DNA from: Camelus ferus
Lineage: Eukaryota
DNA: 64,000 nt
Direction: 5' to 3'
Assembly: GCF_009834535.1 (NCBI RefSeq)
Contig: NC_045697.1
Location: 17,548,001 to 17,612,000 of the forward strand
Shown one piece after another: positions 25,385 to 40,221 of this stretch (position 1 is its first letter; each line of letters starts with the position of its first letter). A program made the position numbers and the translations under genes. Under the pieces are notes generated by a model. That model was not told the origin of the DNA. It did no database searches and saw only the letters and a list, made by a program, of their open reading frames with translations.

Positions 25385-26200
25385 GAACTGCGGTGCAGAA
25401 GCGAAGATTAAGTGAAAGACGAGCCCAGGGCAGCTGGTAGGGACCCAGATTGTGAATGATCTTGTGGCCATATTGAGAATGTTGAGACTTTTACTCATTG
25501 GCCGCAGAGGGAGACTGAAGGCTTTGAAGCAGAGAAGCAGCATAATGAAGTTCAGGGAAACTGTTCCTGACATGGGGTTGAGAATGAACCGGAAGGAGTG
25601 TGAGGTGAAGCAGGAAGAGCAGTTCGGAGAGTACGGCCCAGGGCGGTGACAATGATGGCCCCAAACAAGCCACTGGATGCAGGGAAGCCAGAGGTATGGA
25701 GTCGTGACAAGGAGGCAGGTGAGGAGTTTGAGATGCCCACACGACATCCGGGTAGACAGCTGGCCACGTGGGAGACGGGAAAGATCTGCGAGGGCAAAGA
25801 TGAGAGTGTGCTGGGGGGTGGGTCTACTCATCACCAGAGTGGGAGAGGTCAGGACAGGGGACCGGAGCACACCTGCGCAGGCAGGGAAGGGCTAGAGACA
25901 CACAAGGGGAGAGGAAAGAGGAGGGCCTGGGCAACGTGGGGCCCCGAAGCCAGGGGGAGAGAGAGTTCCAGGTGGGGCAGTGTGCGGTATTGCCTTAGTC
26001 TAGAAAGTGGTCACACGGGATGAAAAAGGTCAGTAAGATGTGCCTGGCCCTTGAGAGAGCTGTTACAAGACGGGAAGGGTGGAATCCAGAATCCAAGTGA
26101 CAGGGCTGAGGAAAACAGACTGTGAGGAAAGTTGGAGCAGTGTATATAGATAACTCTTCAAGTAGTTTAGCAGGGAATCCAAGGAGACAGGCAGGGCCAC
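25385..26200 (-). mobile_element. L2 LINE fragment
   Basis: Antisense L2 motifs (GGCTTTGAAGCAGAGAAG, GAGTTTGAGATGCCC..GACATCC). ORF 25379..25870 has an L2-like STRMSCGHLKL motif. Confidence 0.65.
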
Positions 26201-27369
26201 AGCTTGAGGCATAAACAGGCTTGAGAGAGGGTTTGTTTTTTTTTTTTTTTCGGTAGGATGAGGGAAATTTTAAAATAAAATTTTTAGTTCACTATGGCTT
26301 GTTTTAGGACAGGGGAGGTTTTAGCACATGTCCACCTAGTAGTCCAGGAACATCCCTGGGACACCAGGCCTCTGGATGGATTTGCAGGGGTAGTTTCTGA
26401 TAATAACAACAGTCACAGGGGACCTGCAAGATGGAACTAACTCAGGAACTGGCCACCACTGTGCCTCTGTCTCTGTTCTCTGGACAACACAGAGAGCAGG
26501 AATCTCTGAGTGAGGGTCCTGGGGGGAGCTGGGACCCAAAGAGGAGGAGAGGCCGTGGCCCCACACAGAGGGCCCTGCTCCCAACCTCCACGCAAGGAGA
26601 CCTTCTTTTGAATCTCTGCTCTGATCCGAGACAGCTTCTGCTGCTTCCACGGTCTTGAAATTCCAAGCGACTCACCATTGGCTGGAGAAGGGGGAGAGCA
26701 GGTACCAGTTTGAGGCACAGCACAGAGGCTGGTGAAAGGGCAGCATGGCCTCATGTCCTGACTACCACCGCTGCCACCCCACCCGCCAAGTGACGGCTGG
26801 CTGGGAAGGGCTGGAGAGCCAGACGTGTTCTGTAAGATAGTCCTCTTTAACATCTGCCTCTTCCATTGATGCTCTGCCACCATAAGACACAAGAACCACA
26901 TCCCTTCTTTCACAGTAGCTAGACAACTGCAAACTCTGGCAGAGACTACTTCAAGCAAAATGCTTATTAACTGAACATCCTCTCAAAATATAAAGTCCTG
27001 GGTTCATTCATCAATTCTTCAAGATGTCCCATTGGCCACTGGGCCTTGGGGGCGGGTGGTGGGTGAGTGGTGGGGGTAGTAGAGGGTTAACTGCCAGGCC
27101 GGGGGGGGGGGTGCCGGTAGGGGAGCACACACTTACAGAACAGAACACCTGTGTTACTTCTAATGCTACACCCAGACAGAGCTGTTTTACTATTTTAATT
27201 ACTAAATCATTGGGGATAACAGCAAGCAGATCAAATTTAAATTTTATTCTGAGCCCCCACTCCATCTGTTGTATAATTTGTTTCTTTCCATACCACAGAT
27301 AAAACGTTTATTGAAAAGTATGAAAACTTAAGACCCTCAAAGTATTAAAAAAAAAAAAAGGCACATTAG

Positions 27370-27720
27370 GTACTTTATGTACTGATAGGGAGCAATCTTC
27401 AAGATCTATTGTTACTAGAGAAAAAAAGGAAGGTTGGAGATGGTGAAGAAAACTTTTTTTGACGAACACTAGCTACAATTTGTAAAAAAGAAAAAAAAAG
27501 AAAAAAGAAAATCTATATCTGTATAAATACATATGAGCACTTATGTGTGTCTATATAAATGTATTATGCATTTGCTTACATATGCATCCTTGGAGAGGAT
27601 ACATAAAAAGTGATGAATGGTGGTTTCTTCCAGGAGGGGGAATTGGGTGGCTGAGAGACAGCTGTAGTTTGGAGATCTACTGTTTAGCTTTTTAAAATGG
27701 GAACCATCCGATGGTTCAAA
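27370..27720 (+). mobile_element. Old L1 (L1ME-like) 3'UTR fragment
   Basis: ATGTACTGATAGGGAGCAATCTTCAAGAT...GGATACATAAAAAGTGATGAATGGTGGTTTCTTC. Confidence 0.5.
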
Positions 27721-28892
27721 ATTATTAAATAATAATTTAATAATGAAAAGGTACTTTAAAAAATAAGCCTAGCAAAATGAAAATGTCTATCTTTCTCAAC
27801 AGAGTGTGGGAGCCCATGGAACCTGGGGATGTGTGGTTGCAGTGGGGGATGGGAGGAATACATCAGGAAATCAATCTGTCGTAAGGGGCAAGAGGGTCAG
27901 GCCAACCGCGTGGGGATGCTGAGCTTGGTAGGCAGTGGGACTCGGCCTAGCTCTTCAGTGGAGGCTTGTGTCATGATCAGAACTGTAGCTGTCAAGTGGC
28001 TATGAGAGTGTCCAGGTAAGCATTGGAAGAGGTGGGGCTGGGGTCTGAGGATGGAGGACTGATGGGAGAATCTTCCCAAGGACGAGGTGATGGTCCGGTA
28101 GGAAGAAAGCAGAGGGGGCATTTAGGAGATGTACCTTGAAGGACCATGGCAAGCACTCAGGAAAGATATATTGAATACATGAATGCATGAAAACCATAAA
28201 GCTAAATGGCCACCGCATATGATTATTAGGGCGGGAACAAAGAGTTTGAAGACAATTCAATCGTCCATTCATCAAACAATGAGCACCCACTGTGGGCCCA
28301 GCCCTGTCCTATGTATTGGGAGAAAAGAGCGACCAAAATAGACATTCTGGCCTTGGGACAGATTCAACCCGAGTGACGTCAAACCTAGTTATTTGGATGG
28401 TTAGCAGAGCACATTAAATATTCCTCAAATGACGCTTTAAGTGGCTGAATAATATTCTGCCTCATGGATTTTCTGTAATCTTAATCATTCTTCAATTTTA
28501 AAATATTTGGGTTGTTTCCATTTTTTTTCCCCACTCTTACAAATGAATCCACAGTGAACTACTTTATGTATAAATCTTAGGGCTTCATTCTGATTTTTTT
28601 TTCTTTATGATAAATTCCTAGAAGCAGACCCTTTGTGTGAAAGGGCACAAGCATTTTAAAATGTCTTAAAACGTACTAAGGAATGCATGCTCCAGATTCT
28701 AGACTCATCACATTTGAGGAACTGAAAAAGTATCAGGGGAAACTGTCAACCTAGCAGTGGGAAATGTGGGTCTTGCTTTTGGTGGTGAGGTGGGGACAAG
28801 AGTTCTACGAAGAGTTGGCAGAGAATGGAAGCAAAGACAGAGGGAACAAGGTCCCCTGGGGGGGTGGTAAGAAGATGGAGGACTAAATACAA

Positions 28893-28926
28893 GAGGAGGA
28901 GGAGGAGGAGGAGGAGGAGGAGGAGG
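28893..28926. repeat. (AGG)n microsatellite
   Basis: About 11 AGG units. Confidence 0.95.
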
Positions 28927-30173
28927 CCTGGGGTGGGCAGGAGGGGGAAAGAGAGAAGGAGGGAGAAGGGAATAAGGCAGTGGAGAAAGTTGGAGGAATC
29001 CAAAAAGATGGGAATTGGGATGTAGAGAAATTATAGAAAAGAGAGACTCAGAAAGCGGGGTGTAGGGGTCCTGGTGACCTTCAGCAGAAGACTGTTAGGA
29101 AAATTCAGAAGAGGTCTTGGGAGGTATTAAAGCTGAGGTGCTCTTCTGTTCCTGCCCAAGGCGTCACCAGGCGCTTGCTAAAATCCAGAATCCTGCCGTT
29201 CCCTCCAGGACACCCTCCAAATCCACATTTCTAAACAAGCACCCCCTCTAAAACCTCCAACATAGGTGCCCCTCCAAAACACTTTGATGGGGTGTCTGTT
29301 AAAGAAGTAGAGGTGATTTCCTGTTCACAAAGATCTGAGGTGAGTGGAATTCATGGGAACCCTTTTGGGTGGGTTCAGGAAGATCTGTGAGGCTTCCTGG
29401 TGAAGATGCAGAAGCAGGAGGCAGGACCGAACTGAAGAGACTGAAAGAGGAGGTCACAGGAGAGCCAGGCCCTGAGGAGGGAAGACAGTGGGGATGGCAG
29501 GTCCATGTGTTTCCCCGAGACCAGAAGGAGAGCATGGGAGATGTGGGTTTCAGGGGAGCAGTAAGTTGTGGGCTGACAATAGGCAGGCTTTGTTTTCTCA
29601 GTAAAAGAGGGGCTGAGGCCACCTGCTGAGAACAAACTAGGGTTTAGAAGACCTGAGAAGGTTTGCAGGAGCCCCAGTGGGTGCTTTGCAGGGAGCTGGT
29701 GAGGACAAAGAAGGCTCCTGGGAACGCTGCCGGCGGCAGGGGATTTCTGTCTGAATAAAATAGACCTCGTACCTATTCTGGGGAGATTCCCGTTTCTCCT
29801 TCCTCCCCTGAGGAGTATTTCCGTTTTAGCATCTGGCCGTTTCAGTCCTTGGTTAAGATTTCTTTTAAGAGAATTTTTAAAACTTCTGTCAATCAATTAC
29901 CCTTGTCATTCCTTTAAGATTGCCCAGACTCCCTCCACTGCTCTCTGCCTTCTTTTATATACATCTTCATCTCCGGCGCGATCTTCCCTTCACTCCCGGC
30001 CTCTCTTTCTGCTATTTTGTTTTTACAATACCCTTCATCATTTTCTGGCTGCCTCTCTCCCTGCGCCCCCACCTCGCTGGGGCCCCCGATTCCCCAACCC
30101 CTCTTCTTCTTGCTGGGAGCCCAGCCTTTTGGTACCTGTATTTCATTTTGGTTCCCCTGGTAGATCTTATAAG

Positions 30174-30339
30174 CAAGACCAGCTATGGAATTTGCAGGGC
30201 TCAGTGCAAAATGAAAACTCGGGGCCACCTTGTTAAAAAAAAAAAAAAAGAATTTCAAGATGGTGACCTTGGAGCATGAGACCAAGTGCAGGGACCTCCT
30301 GAGCACTGGGTGGTGTGTGACTGTGGGTTGCCGGCCCTG
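30174..30339 (-). mobile_element. MER45A-like hAT-Tip100 MITE
   Basis: AATTTGCAGGGCTCAGTGCAAAATGAAAA...AATTTCAAGATGG...GCCGGCCCTG terminus. Confidence 0.7.
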
Positions 30340-30943
30340 TTTGCAACGTTTGTTGCTTTAATTTGTTGTTTAGTCGCCATTCTCTGAACACTTTAATTTT
30401 TGCTCCTGTTGTCTCTAATGCTACTTTAACTTGTGTGATTTTGCCCAACATAGTCCACGTGTTTGTAGTCACCAGATAAGAGATTCTGTTTTAATTATTG
30501 TTCCTTTTCACCATTTTGTTGTTGATCTGGAAAAGTGGCGTGAGATTCCCTTTGAGGCCCAGCTGCTATTCAGAGCCCCAGGGAGCCATGCTGTAAGGTT
30601 AAAATGGCACCGAGGAGGTGCCTTTCCTCAAGGAGACCTGGAGGAGAGCAGGTTCAGTTACCCAGGCAGGAACACTGTCAGGCAATGTGCATTACGCAGG
30701 GCGTGGCTCAGGGTAGGCATTCAGTACGGGATAATCAGCATTACTTTCAGCTGGTTCCAGCTGAGAGCCAGGATGCTGTCATTATTCCGAAGCACAGCTG
30801 CAGTTGAATAAGTTTCCTTCCAGATTTGGGGGCTCATCCCTCCTTCCCTTAAGGTTTTAGTCCCACCTGGTTGCCACCCACTGCTGCTGGCCCTCCTCCC
30901 ACACATCTCCCGCCAGCCCCCAGCCCAGGGGCCCAGCCACCTA

Positions 30944-31114
<171 letters not shown>

Positions 31115-32807
31115 TCAGTCTTAAATCCTTCTGGAGTGTTGGAATGCAAGCCGAGGTCAGATCTTCCTGAACAGTGAAGCTGGCATCTGTTCCCGGCTTC
31201 TATATGCAACTATATTGTAATTGAAGGGTCCATTTCAAGTGTCAAAGGTAACATAAAATAAAATTCAGTGTGAGGGGTGAAGTTTAAACAAAAAGGAGGA
31301 AGCCCTTATGGACTTTTAACAACATGTGTTTTAAAAGAATAATCATCTTTTGCATTTGTCCAGTATTTTACACTTTCAGAACACTCATAATGGCTAGCTC
31401 ATTTGAGACTTGGAAAAAAAAAAAACAAAACCTGGAAAATGTTATTTATTCCCATTTCATGGACAGAAAAGCAATGTGCTGATGGAGTAAAAACATTAGC
31501 TGAAGGTCACCCAGCCATGGAAATGACCGTGACTCCAGTCCTGAGCTCCTTGCTTTAAATATCAGCTTCCCATGTGGTATGCTTGGTGGGTGGCAAGATA
31601 ATACAGGAGATTATTTAGAATATAAAATACAAAATGTAAAATATTTTATATATGCACATTTTTAGAAACGAAGAGATAACCCCAAAAGACAACAACTATT
31701 TGTACCCTTACCAGACAGAAAAATATATATATAAATCTCTCCTTATACCTCTGAACATCATTTCTTATATGCCTATACATAGACCCACAAATTCATCCGT
31801 TTCTCTTCAAAAATGGGAAAAAGCTCTGCTTTTTCCTCTTTACCTTATGCCTCATCATGAATATACACTAAAATGTAAAATGTAACAGCTGCTTAGAGCT
31901 ACAGAAATTTATTTAATGACTGCTGGACATTTGTGTTGCTTCCATTTTTTGTTTTTTTTAATTATAACTAATGTAGGAAGAACTTTCTTGAAGCAAAGTG
32001 CTTGCATATGTCTGCACTTATTTCTTGCTGGCTCAAAGGGTTTTTAAGGTTTTTCATAACAGGGTGCCAAATGGTTTTCTAGAAAAGTTGTGCCGGTTGA
32101 CCGTTTGGCCATGGTGTTGGAGTGTAGCTGGCGTTCCCCACGTCAGTAACAGGACTGGGCCTCAACATTCACGGACGTCTGGCTATCAAGGGCGCCCAGA
32201 GGTGTACTTGGATGGGCTACCTCACATCTCTATAGAGTACTGTAGTTTTCTTTTCAAAAAGAATTCTAAGGTGTCCTTTTTGTGTTGAATGAGAAAAGAG
32301 AGGTTGCTTGGAAAAGTGCACTGATTATTAGGTAGGCTGGAGATTCAGCACTTTTTTTTCAATCCGCTGTAGCTCTGATGAGGGCTGTCACGTGATCCTT
32401 GCTGGTCCGTATCGCCAACAAGCCCAAAGTGGGCCAGCCCAGCATGGTCCACTTGAGGCTTATGTTTAGAACTGAATTCCCAAATATTAAGTGTCAGAAG
32501 CAAGCTCTCTGCTATTTATTCCCCTGACTGTTCCTGGACGATCATTATTTTTCATCGGAATCGACAAGAAGGAGGAATAAAATTGCAATCAATAAAAGCT
32601 TCTTTGAAAAAGGCACGTGTGCCACGAGAAAATGCTTCCAGCAGCTATGAGACTTTTCTAGTCTGATCATAAAGGCCGGGAAAAGTGGAAACTTGACGAG
32701 GCTGGCACAAACACTGGGAGATGCTAACCTCCCTGTGATTAGAGAAGGGAAAACATTCTGGAAAGGAGAGCGTAGTTAGGGGTCTAATTATTTGAGAAAC
32801 TCTAATG

Positions 32808-32980
32808 CAGCAGCTCTCAAAGCAGGGTTCCCAAACCAGCATCGGCATTCCCTGGGAACTTTTTAGAAATGCATATTCTCTGGGCTCATCTCAGACCTAC
32901 TAAATCAGAAACTGAGGTGGGGCCCAGTAATCTGTTTTAATAAGCCCTCCAGGCAATCCTGATGCAGGCAGAAGTTGGGG
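32808..32980. mobile_element. MER5A hAT-Charlie MITE
   Basis: CTGGGAACTTTTTAGAAATGCA...CAGACCTACTAAATCAGAAACT...TTTTAATAAGCCCTCCAGG. Confidence 0.8.
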
Positions 32981-33042
32981 GTGGTGGTGACTGTTCTAAG
33001 GATCACCTTGGTTCCTAATCCACAAAACCAGAGGTGGACTCA

Positions 33043-33180
<138 letters not shown>

Positions 33181-34566
33181 CTAAAGCAGCATGGGGAGAA
33201 AACAAAAACCTCTGTCAGAAAAGCCAATATTAGAAAAAAGACCTAATTACAGCAGATGCCTCCTATCCGGCACACAAGAACTCTTTGCAAACTCCAAATG
33301 CTGGCGCAACTTTTAAAATTCAGAGTCCCCGCCAAAGAGTTATGATTTTTATGGACCTGGTAAAGAGGTGTTTTTGTTTTTGTTTTTGTTTTTTTTAAAG
33401 TTAGTACCCAGTAGAATTACAGCAATTACATCTGCCTATTTATAGAAGACACTCAATGTATATTCATTAGATTAAATCAAATCTGAAGCAAGAACTCAGT
33501 CTAATGTGTGAAGTCACTAGTTTTAGAAACTCCTTCTGAATAGACATGAGACAGAGAAGAGGTTTTCTTGCATGGACCAATGCCAAAAGATCATTAGTGG
33601 TGTTTGGAAGGATTCTGTGGTTGGACTGGAAAAAGAGCTGTGAGTGATTAATGAAATCTGCTGTGGACACAAGATTAAGGAAGTATGTGTGTGTCATTCA
33701 TAGAACCGACTGTTACATTGAAATGGATACGTGCTGTATAGCCAGTGCTTGGCACATAGAAGAGCTGAATAAATGTTGGTAAGTGAATGCATACATACAT
33801 TTTAAAAATTATGTATTAATTATACAACTTTAAAAGCGGTATTCTTCTTTGGCTTGCCTGTGTATATATAGACTGGTATAAACTCAAGCGTGGCCCCCAC
33901 AGAATGGAAAGGCAGAACAGCATGGAGATTTCTGAGAAAAAAGCAAACCTCGAAAGCCAGGAAAATGAGACGGCTCTCCCCAGCATTGAGACTGCTGCAA
34001 AACTTCACCCTCAGGAAGAGAAATCAATCTATTTTCAAAGCAGAGAAACCCAGGAGACTTTTCTAATTATAACACTTAAAGCTAACATCTGCAGAAATAA
34101 ATATTATCTAACTAATGGCGCTGGAATTCGACTCAGTAACAGTGGGGAGAATTCCAACATTCTGTCCTTTCAGTGTGACGTGGACATTATCATTTCGATT
34201 GTGATTTCCCAGTCTTTGCTTCTTCCTCTCTCAGAAATCATTTTCTTATGATGATGATTAGGAGACAAAGAGCATCTGACGACAGAACATTTTATTAAAA
34301 AAGCCAGATAAGAAACATAATTGAATATGGACTGAGGCTGTAAAGTGGCCACGTCCAGATTCTGGGGGGGGTCTCAGTGTACCCTGCCCAGATAACAGCA
34401 ATGAATACAAGGAGCTTTTGCAGAAGCTGTTTTTGTTGTTTGCTGTTTTGGGTTTAATTCTTCCTGGTTCCTCAGTTAAAGCTCTTATTGGACTCTGTCA
34501 GGGACGGCAGGCAAGCACTGGGATGTCTTTGGCACATAAAAGAGAATTAAAATAGAATGACATTTA

Positions 34567-34704
<138 letters not shown>

Positions 34705-35279
34705 CTAGGAAGAGTTTGGGGGCCACATAAAAAAACCTACACTCAAGGAGGAGAGGAAACAAAGAAAACCACTCACTCAAAGAGCCATCTTTTACATACA
34801 GCATCTTCTCACCACCAGAAGGGGGAAGAGAAAAGCGCATCTTTGTGACCTCTTCTTAAATGAATATGATCAAGGTCAAATACACCGAAATCACAGAAAG
34901 CCCACTTTAGAGCAGCCCTCTGCAGAGATCCCCTACGGGATATCAACACAGTTTTCACATAATTCTCATTAAGACGATTCCACTGGGGAGCAAGTCAGGA
35001 AGAGGCGACACCAGACACAGCATTAAGTTAGTCACATACACACACTGAAGTCTGCCTCAGGGAAAAGAAACAGCTAAGGGAATTTCTCAATTTATTTTCT
35101 TATTCTTTTCCATCTTCTTGATAGCAATCACAAGCAGCTTCCACTGACTCCCTACCCTTCTCACCCAACTGGGGAAGAGGGAGGGTGGGGGGGGGGACAG
35201 AGCACACATGGAGGCGTGTAAGCATGTGGTTTTTCTTTCTTACTTTTACCACTAATGTGGAGCGTTAATACCATTGTTA

Positions 35280-35591
<312 letters not shown>

Positions 35592-36364
35592 TCACTCAAG
35601 ACACTCTTCAGACGCCGGCTTTATGGCTAAGACAGAGCCTTCTGCTGGGCTGCCTGGCTTTCAGAGAACTTCTCCAGATCACCTGCATGCTATAAAGCCA
35701 CCAGCGCCACACACTGTAATATTACAAAAGCAAAAAGCAAGGGGATGACTTCTGGCCAGACACTTATAATATCTAAGGTGGGAAGTGGGCAGGAGCTTGG
35801 AAACATAGACCCAATCGCTTACCCGCTGCAGCACGGCCTAAAGCCAGAGGCTCGGAGAGGGCAAATCCAGACATTGGGAACAATAGCCAGTGGCTTACAG
35901 ATATTTTCCCAAACCACTCTAAACCCAGAAATCTTGTTCTGCTCTTCAAAACCAATTAGTAAGAGAAGAAAATCGAAATCTAGGCTCTCTGAGCTGTTCC
36001 CGAACTAGGGCTTGCTACCCGTTGAGATTTTGCCTAAAAAGCATCTCTCAGCATTTCAGCGGAAACTTGCAAATTAAGGCCAGTTTGTCACGTTTTGTCC
36101 TCTCCCTGTCTATCCTGCGCAGGGAGGATGTTTCTTGTGTTCAGAACAATGGTACCCAAAGTAAGAGTACAGATCTGCTGGAAGCCAGAAACGGAAGAGG
36201 TCACTTGGGAACCAAGCAAAGCGCAGAGGGAGTAAACACATTCAAACTGTATCTTCCTTCCTCCCCTGATTGCATCCCAGGCACCCCACACTTTCTGAGA
36301 AACGGGGCACAGTCCACTCTCCTCTGTGTTGTGCCCAGCTGTGCAAACAGCCCCCCCACTCTTA

Positions 36365-36586
<222 letters not shown>

Positions 36587-37328
36587 CTAGGCAGAAAGCT
36601 CTGGAAGATAAGCTTTTCCAAGAAATACTGGGGAAAGATACAAGACAAAGAAATTTCTTGCCAATATCACACATTAAAATAAAAAAAAATCCACATTGTA
36701 TTCTGTACATGCACGCACAGACACACGTGTGCATGCATACACTGCATAAAGCTAAGGGGAACACAGGCCTGGGAATCCGAAGGTGGGTGTCCTGTGTAGC
36801 TCCACCATAGTGAGGGAAAAACTCTGGGTCTCTTTTAAACTTGGCAAAAATTAAGGTTCTGCTAAAATGGGCATGCTCCCACACTCTTAATAATTAGGCT
36901 ATGTTATCAAGAGCCTTAAAAATGTCCCTACCCGATGATCCAATAACTCTGCTTCTGACCATCTGGGCTAAGAAAAATCCCAGACGTGCACGAGCTTTAG
37001 GAAAAAAGAAAAAAAAAGTCGATTGTGCTGTTATTTATAGAAAGTGTTAAAAGAAACTAGAAACACTGTCTAACAAAAGTAGAATGGCTAGCAAAGGATA
37101 ATGTAGTCAGTCAATGGGCTAGTTTACAGCTGTTTGGAATGAGGGTGATGTGAACTATGCAAGACCACGGACTAACTTTTATATACAGTATGATTGAAAT
37201 TTATTCTAAGAACCCATATACGAAAAAAAATTACCAAATACACTAAACTTTTAAAATGTGTATGTTTAGGTGATGTGAGACTGTGTATGCTATCTGTTCT
37301 TTTCTTCTCTTATTTTTCAAAGTACAGT

Positions 37329-37434
37329 GGGGAGAGTGTAGCTCAAGTGGTAGAGTGCATGCTTAGCATGCACTGGGTCCTGGGTTCAATCCCCAGGACC
37401 TCCATTTGAATAAATAAATAAATTAAATAAAAAT
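37329..37434 (+). mobile_element. tRNA-Ala(AGC)-derived SINE (vic-1-like)
   Basis: GGGGAGAGTGTAGCTCAAGTGGTAGAGTGCATGCTTAGCATGCACTGGGTCCTGGGTTCAATCCCCAGGACCTCCA plus an (AAAT)n tail; A and B boxes present. Confidence 0.9.
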
Positions 37435-38239
37435 GCGTGACTTTCATAACATACTTTTAAAATTGTTTTTAAATCTCTAGGAATTAAATTCTAGTCCTCA
37501 AATTGTAATTTTCCAAAGGATCCCTGAAGAACCCATGGCTTTTCAGACTCCGGGGCCAGTCTCCACATGTAGCTCCAAACCTTCCAGTAGGGCCATGATG
37601 GAAACTGTTAGAGACCCCAGGAAGAGCCAGTGGTCCCAGAGCACCCCCTACATGCCCATCAATGCCAAGCAGGTTGCCATTAGAGTGACTTTTTAAAGTT
37701 AGGGCACTGCTTCCTGATGCTTCTTCTAAAGAGATCGTAAGCCTGGTTCCTCTACCTCCCTGTAGGGTGTGTGAGGATGGACTTCATATACAGATGAAAC
37801 CCTGGGCACAGTTTTTTGCTGCCACGTAGATCTGACCCATCCAGGAGTACCTACTGGGGCAGGCTTTTCCTTGTTCCTGTGTGAATCTTAAGGGATTTGT
37901 TGCCAATAGAGAAAATGGCTTTATTTTCAAGTGTCTAAAGAACGTAGGGGCAGATGAGAAAGTTAAAAGCCAAGGTAGACTATTAATTAGATTGAAATAA
38001 GAAAATACAGCAATGAACTTTGAAAGACATGATGACTATTGAAAAGTAAAAAGCATTTTCAAATGACAGCTACTTGGAGTCTGTGTTTGAAAACTAGTCA
38101 ACTGCACTGGACAAATATTCACTGTGCACCTACTATGAGCGACAGCATCATTAGAATCAGCAGACAACAATCAAGGCAGGTGGAACAGACACACGGCACT
38201 TAGGTATGCAGATGGCCGTGCTTAATGGAATCCTCATTC

Positions 38240-38900
38240 CAACACTCAAGGATTCTGTCATTGTAAATCTGCCTACTGCAAATTTATCTGCAGCCTCAAA
38301 ATCAGCATTCACAGTGCTTTTGCGTCATGGGTGAACATGCGCAGATAAATGCAGAGTTGCGAACAGTGGGAAACGTCCCACAGGAACGTTCCCAGCTGAG
38401 CTAGAACAAGGCAATGTTTTGCTTTCCTGTTTCAGTTCATACTGGAAAAAAGTGTCCTTCTCTTGGTCTCTTTCATGCCACATTTCTTGTTGGTTTTTTT
38501 TCCCCCCCATATTTTTGTGCTTTTTGTTGGTATTTTGCTGTTTAAGATGGCCCCCCACCCCGGGCAGGGCCGGAGTGCTATCCATGTTCCTAAGCACAAG
38601 AATGCCGTGATGTGCCATACACATGTGTTGGATAGGCTTCATTCAGGCACAAATTACAGCGCTATTGGCCATGAGTTCAGTGTTACAGAATCAACAATAT
38701 AAATTAAATACGGTGACTTTACACAGAAACACATAGAAAACAAAGTTATACATTGATTAGGTGACAAAAATATTATGACCAGAGGCACAGAGGAACCTAA
38801 TTGCACACTTCCCCTAGGAGCGATGGTTCAGCATCCCCTAACCTGGTGTCCGCAGCAGATTTAGAGAAGATAACTGCAGTCAACAACAAGAATCTGCTGT
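38240..38900. mobile_element. MER82-like TcMar-Tigger element
   Basis: ACGTTCCCAGCTGAG..GAACAAGGC, TTTTTGTGCTTTTTGTTGG, GTTCCTAAGCACAAGAA, CCCCTAGGAGCGATGGTTCAG; ends CTG-TA. Confidence 0.8.
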
Positions 38901-39699
38901 ATTGGGCGGAACTGGTTCATTCACCTGAAAGCCACTGTGTGAAAACATCTTTCACGTTACAGTTTCTTGACTGAGGGTTTTCACAACCCCAAGTGGATAC
39001 AAAGAAATACAAACAGCTAACTAACTAAGAAACATTTCTCAGATCAAAGGGTCTAGGAACAAGAAAGCCTGTGCCTCCTTTGGCATGAGATGACAGGAGG
39101 CCTGAGACCTGGCTTTGAAAATAGGATGCTTTTCTTCATATGTGAAAAGTCAGATTGACAGCCTGAACTTTAAGTAATAAAATACCACTGCGGTTTTCCA
39201 TTCACAGTACGCTTCACCGAACACTTAATTTAGAATCACACAATTATGTTTGCTTAATGCCAATTAATTATTAAACATGTTTATTGAGGTCTGACAGCCA
39301 TATAAGAGAGTCATCTTTTATATACTGGATGCCTGTTAAGCTTCAATAAACATGTTAACAATCATTTGCTGTTTAATGTGCATACGATATCGGCTATTAA
39401 ATCTCAGGGCTGGACTGGTTGAAACATTTATTTTTAAAAGTGAGGCCCAAGTTGGTAATAGCCGGATCACTGGTTGGGTCTGACACTCAAGTTCCATCAG
39501 CTGAAGGGGCCCAAGGAGGCCATCACAACAGCTGACAGCTCACTGGCTCTGGAGTCCGCCTGCTTGGGGATTAGTGTCCTGGGACCAAGTCTGAGAGCTG
39601 TGCACCCTCAGACATTTGCCTGAACTTCTCTGAGCCTTAGTATCTTTCACTGTAAGAATACGATAGTAAACAGATTTTTACTGTCCAGGGTTGCTGTAA

Positions 39700-40221
39700 C
39701 TTTGGGGCCCAGAGTAGGCCACCCCAAAATGTACCTTGGTGGCATATTAATTATTTGGAATTAAAGTTACTTAAGAAATGACCAACACCAGAGGGACACT
39801 CTGACCCGCCTTTCAGACAAACTGCAAGCAGGAAAGAAATATCTCCTGTGAAAGGCACCTGAAGGAAGGACCCTCTTATTGCCAGAGAGAGGGAATTTAG
39901 TCCAAGAAGCCAATATAAACAAACCTTGTTACTTCCTTAATTCACTACCCAAAGCTCAAACTCTGTTTAGATACTTCATTAACTCGGCACCCAAAATCTA
40001 AGTTTCTTTGTCCTGTCAGTTCCTCCCAAATTTATATTCCTATGTCTAAAAAGTATTACAGCTGCCTGATCTGTTCTCTTCTTAGGTCCCATGTCCATGA
40101 GACCAGCATGAATTAAAATGGGTTTCTTTTTCTCCTGTTAATCTGTCTTGTGTCAGTTTTATTATTAGTCCAGTTGCAAGAACTCTAGATGGGTAGAGGG
40201 GGAAATTTCCCCTCCCCAACG
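39700..40221 (+). mobile_element. Solo ERV1-type LTR (MER34-like)
   Basis: Starts TTGGGGCCCAGAGTAGGCCACCCCAAAATG and ends GGTAGAGGGGGAAATTTCCCCTCCCCAAC; ATTAAA at ~40112. Confidence 0.65.

Noticed and set aside
37329..37404. Functional tRNA-Ala(AGC) gene
   Set aside because: Irregular acceptor stem, AAAT tail and several diverged copies in the window indicate a SINE
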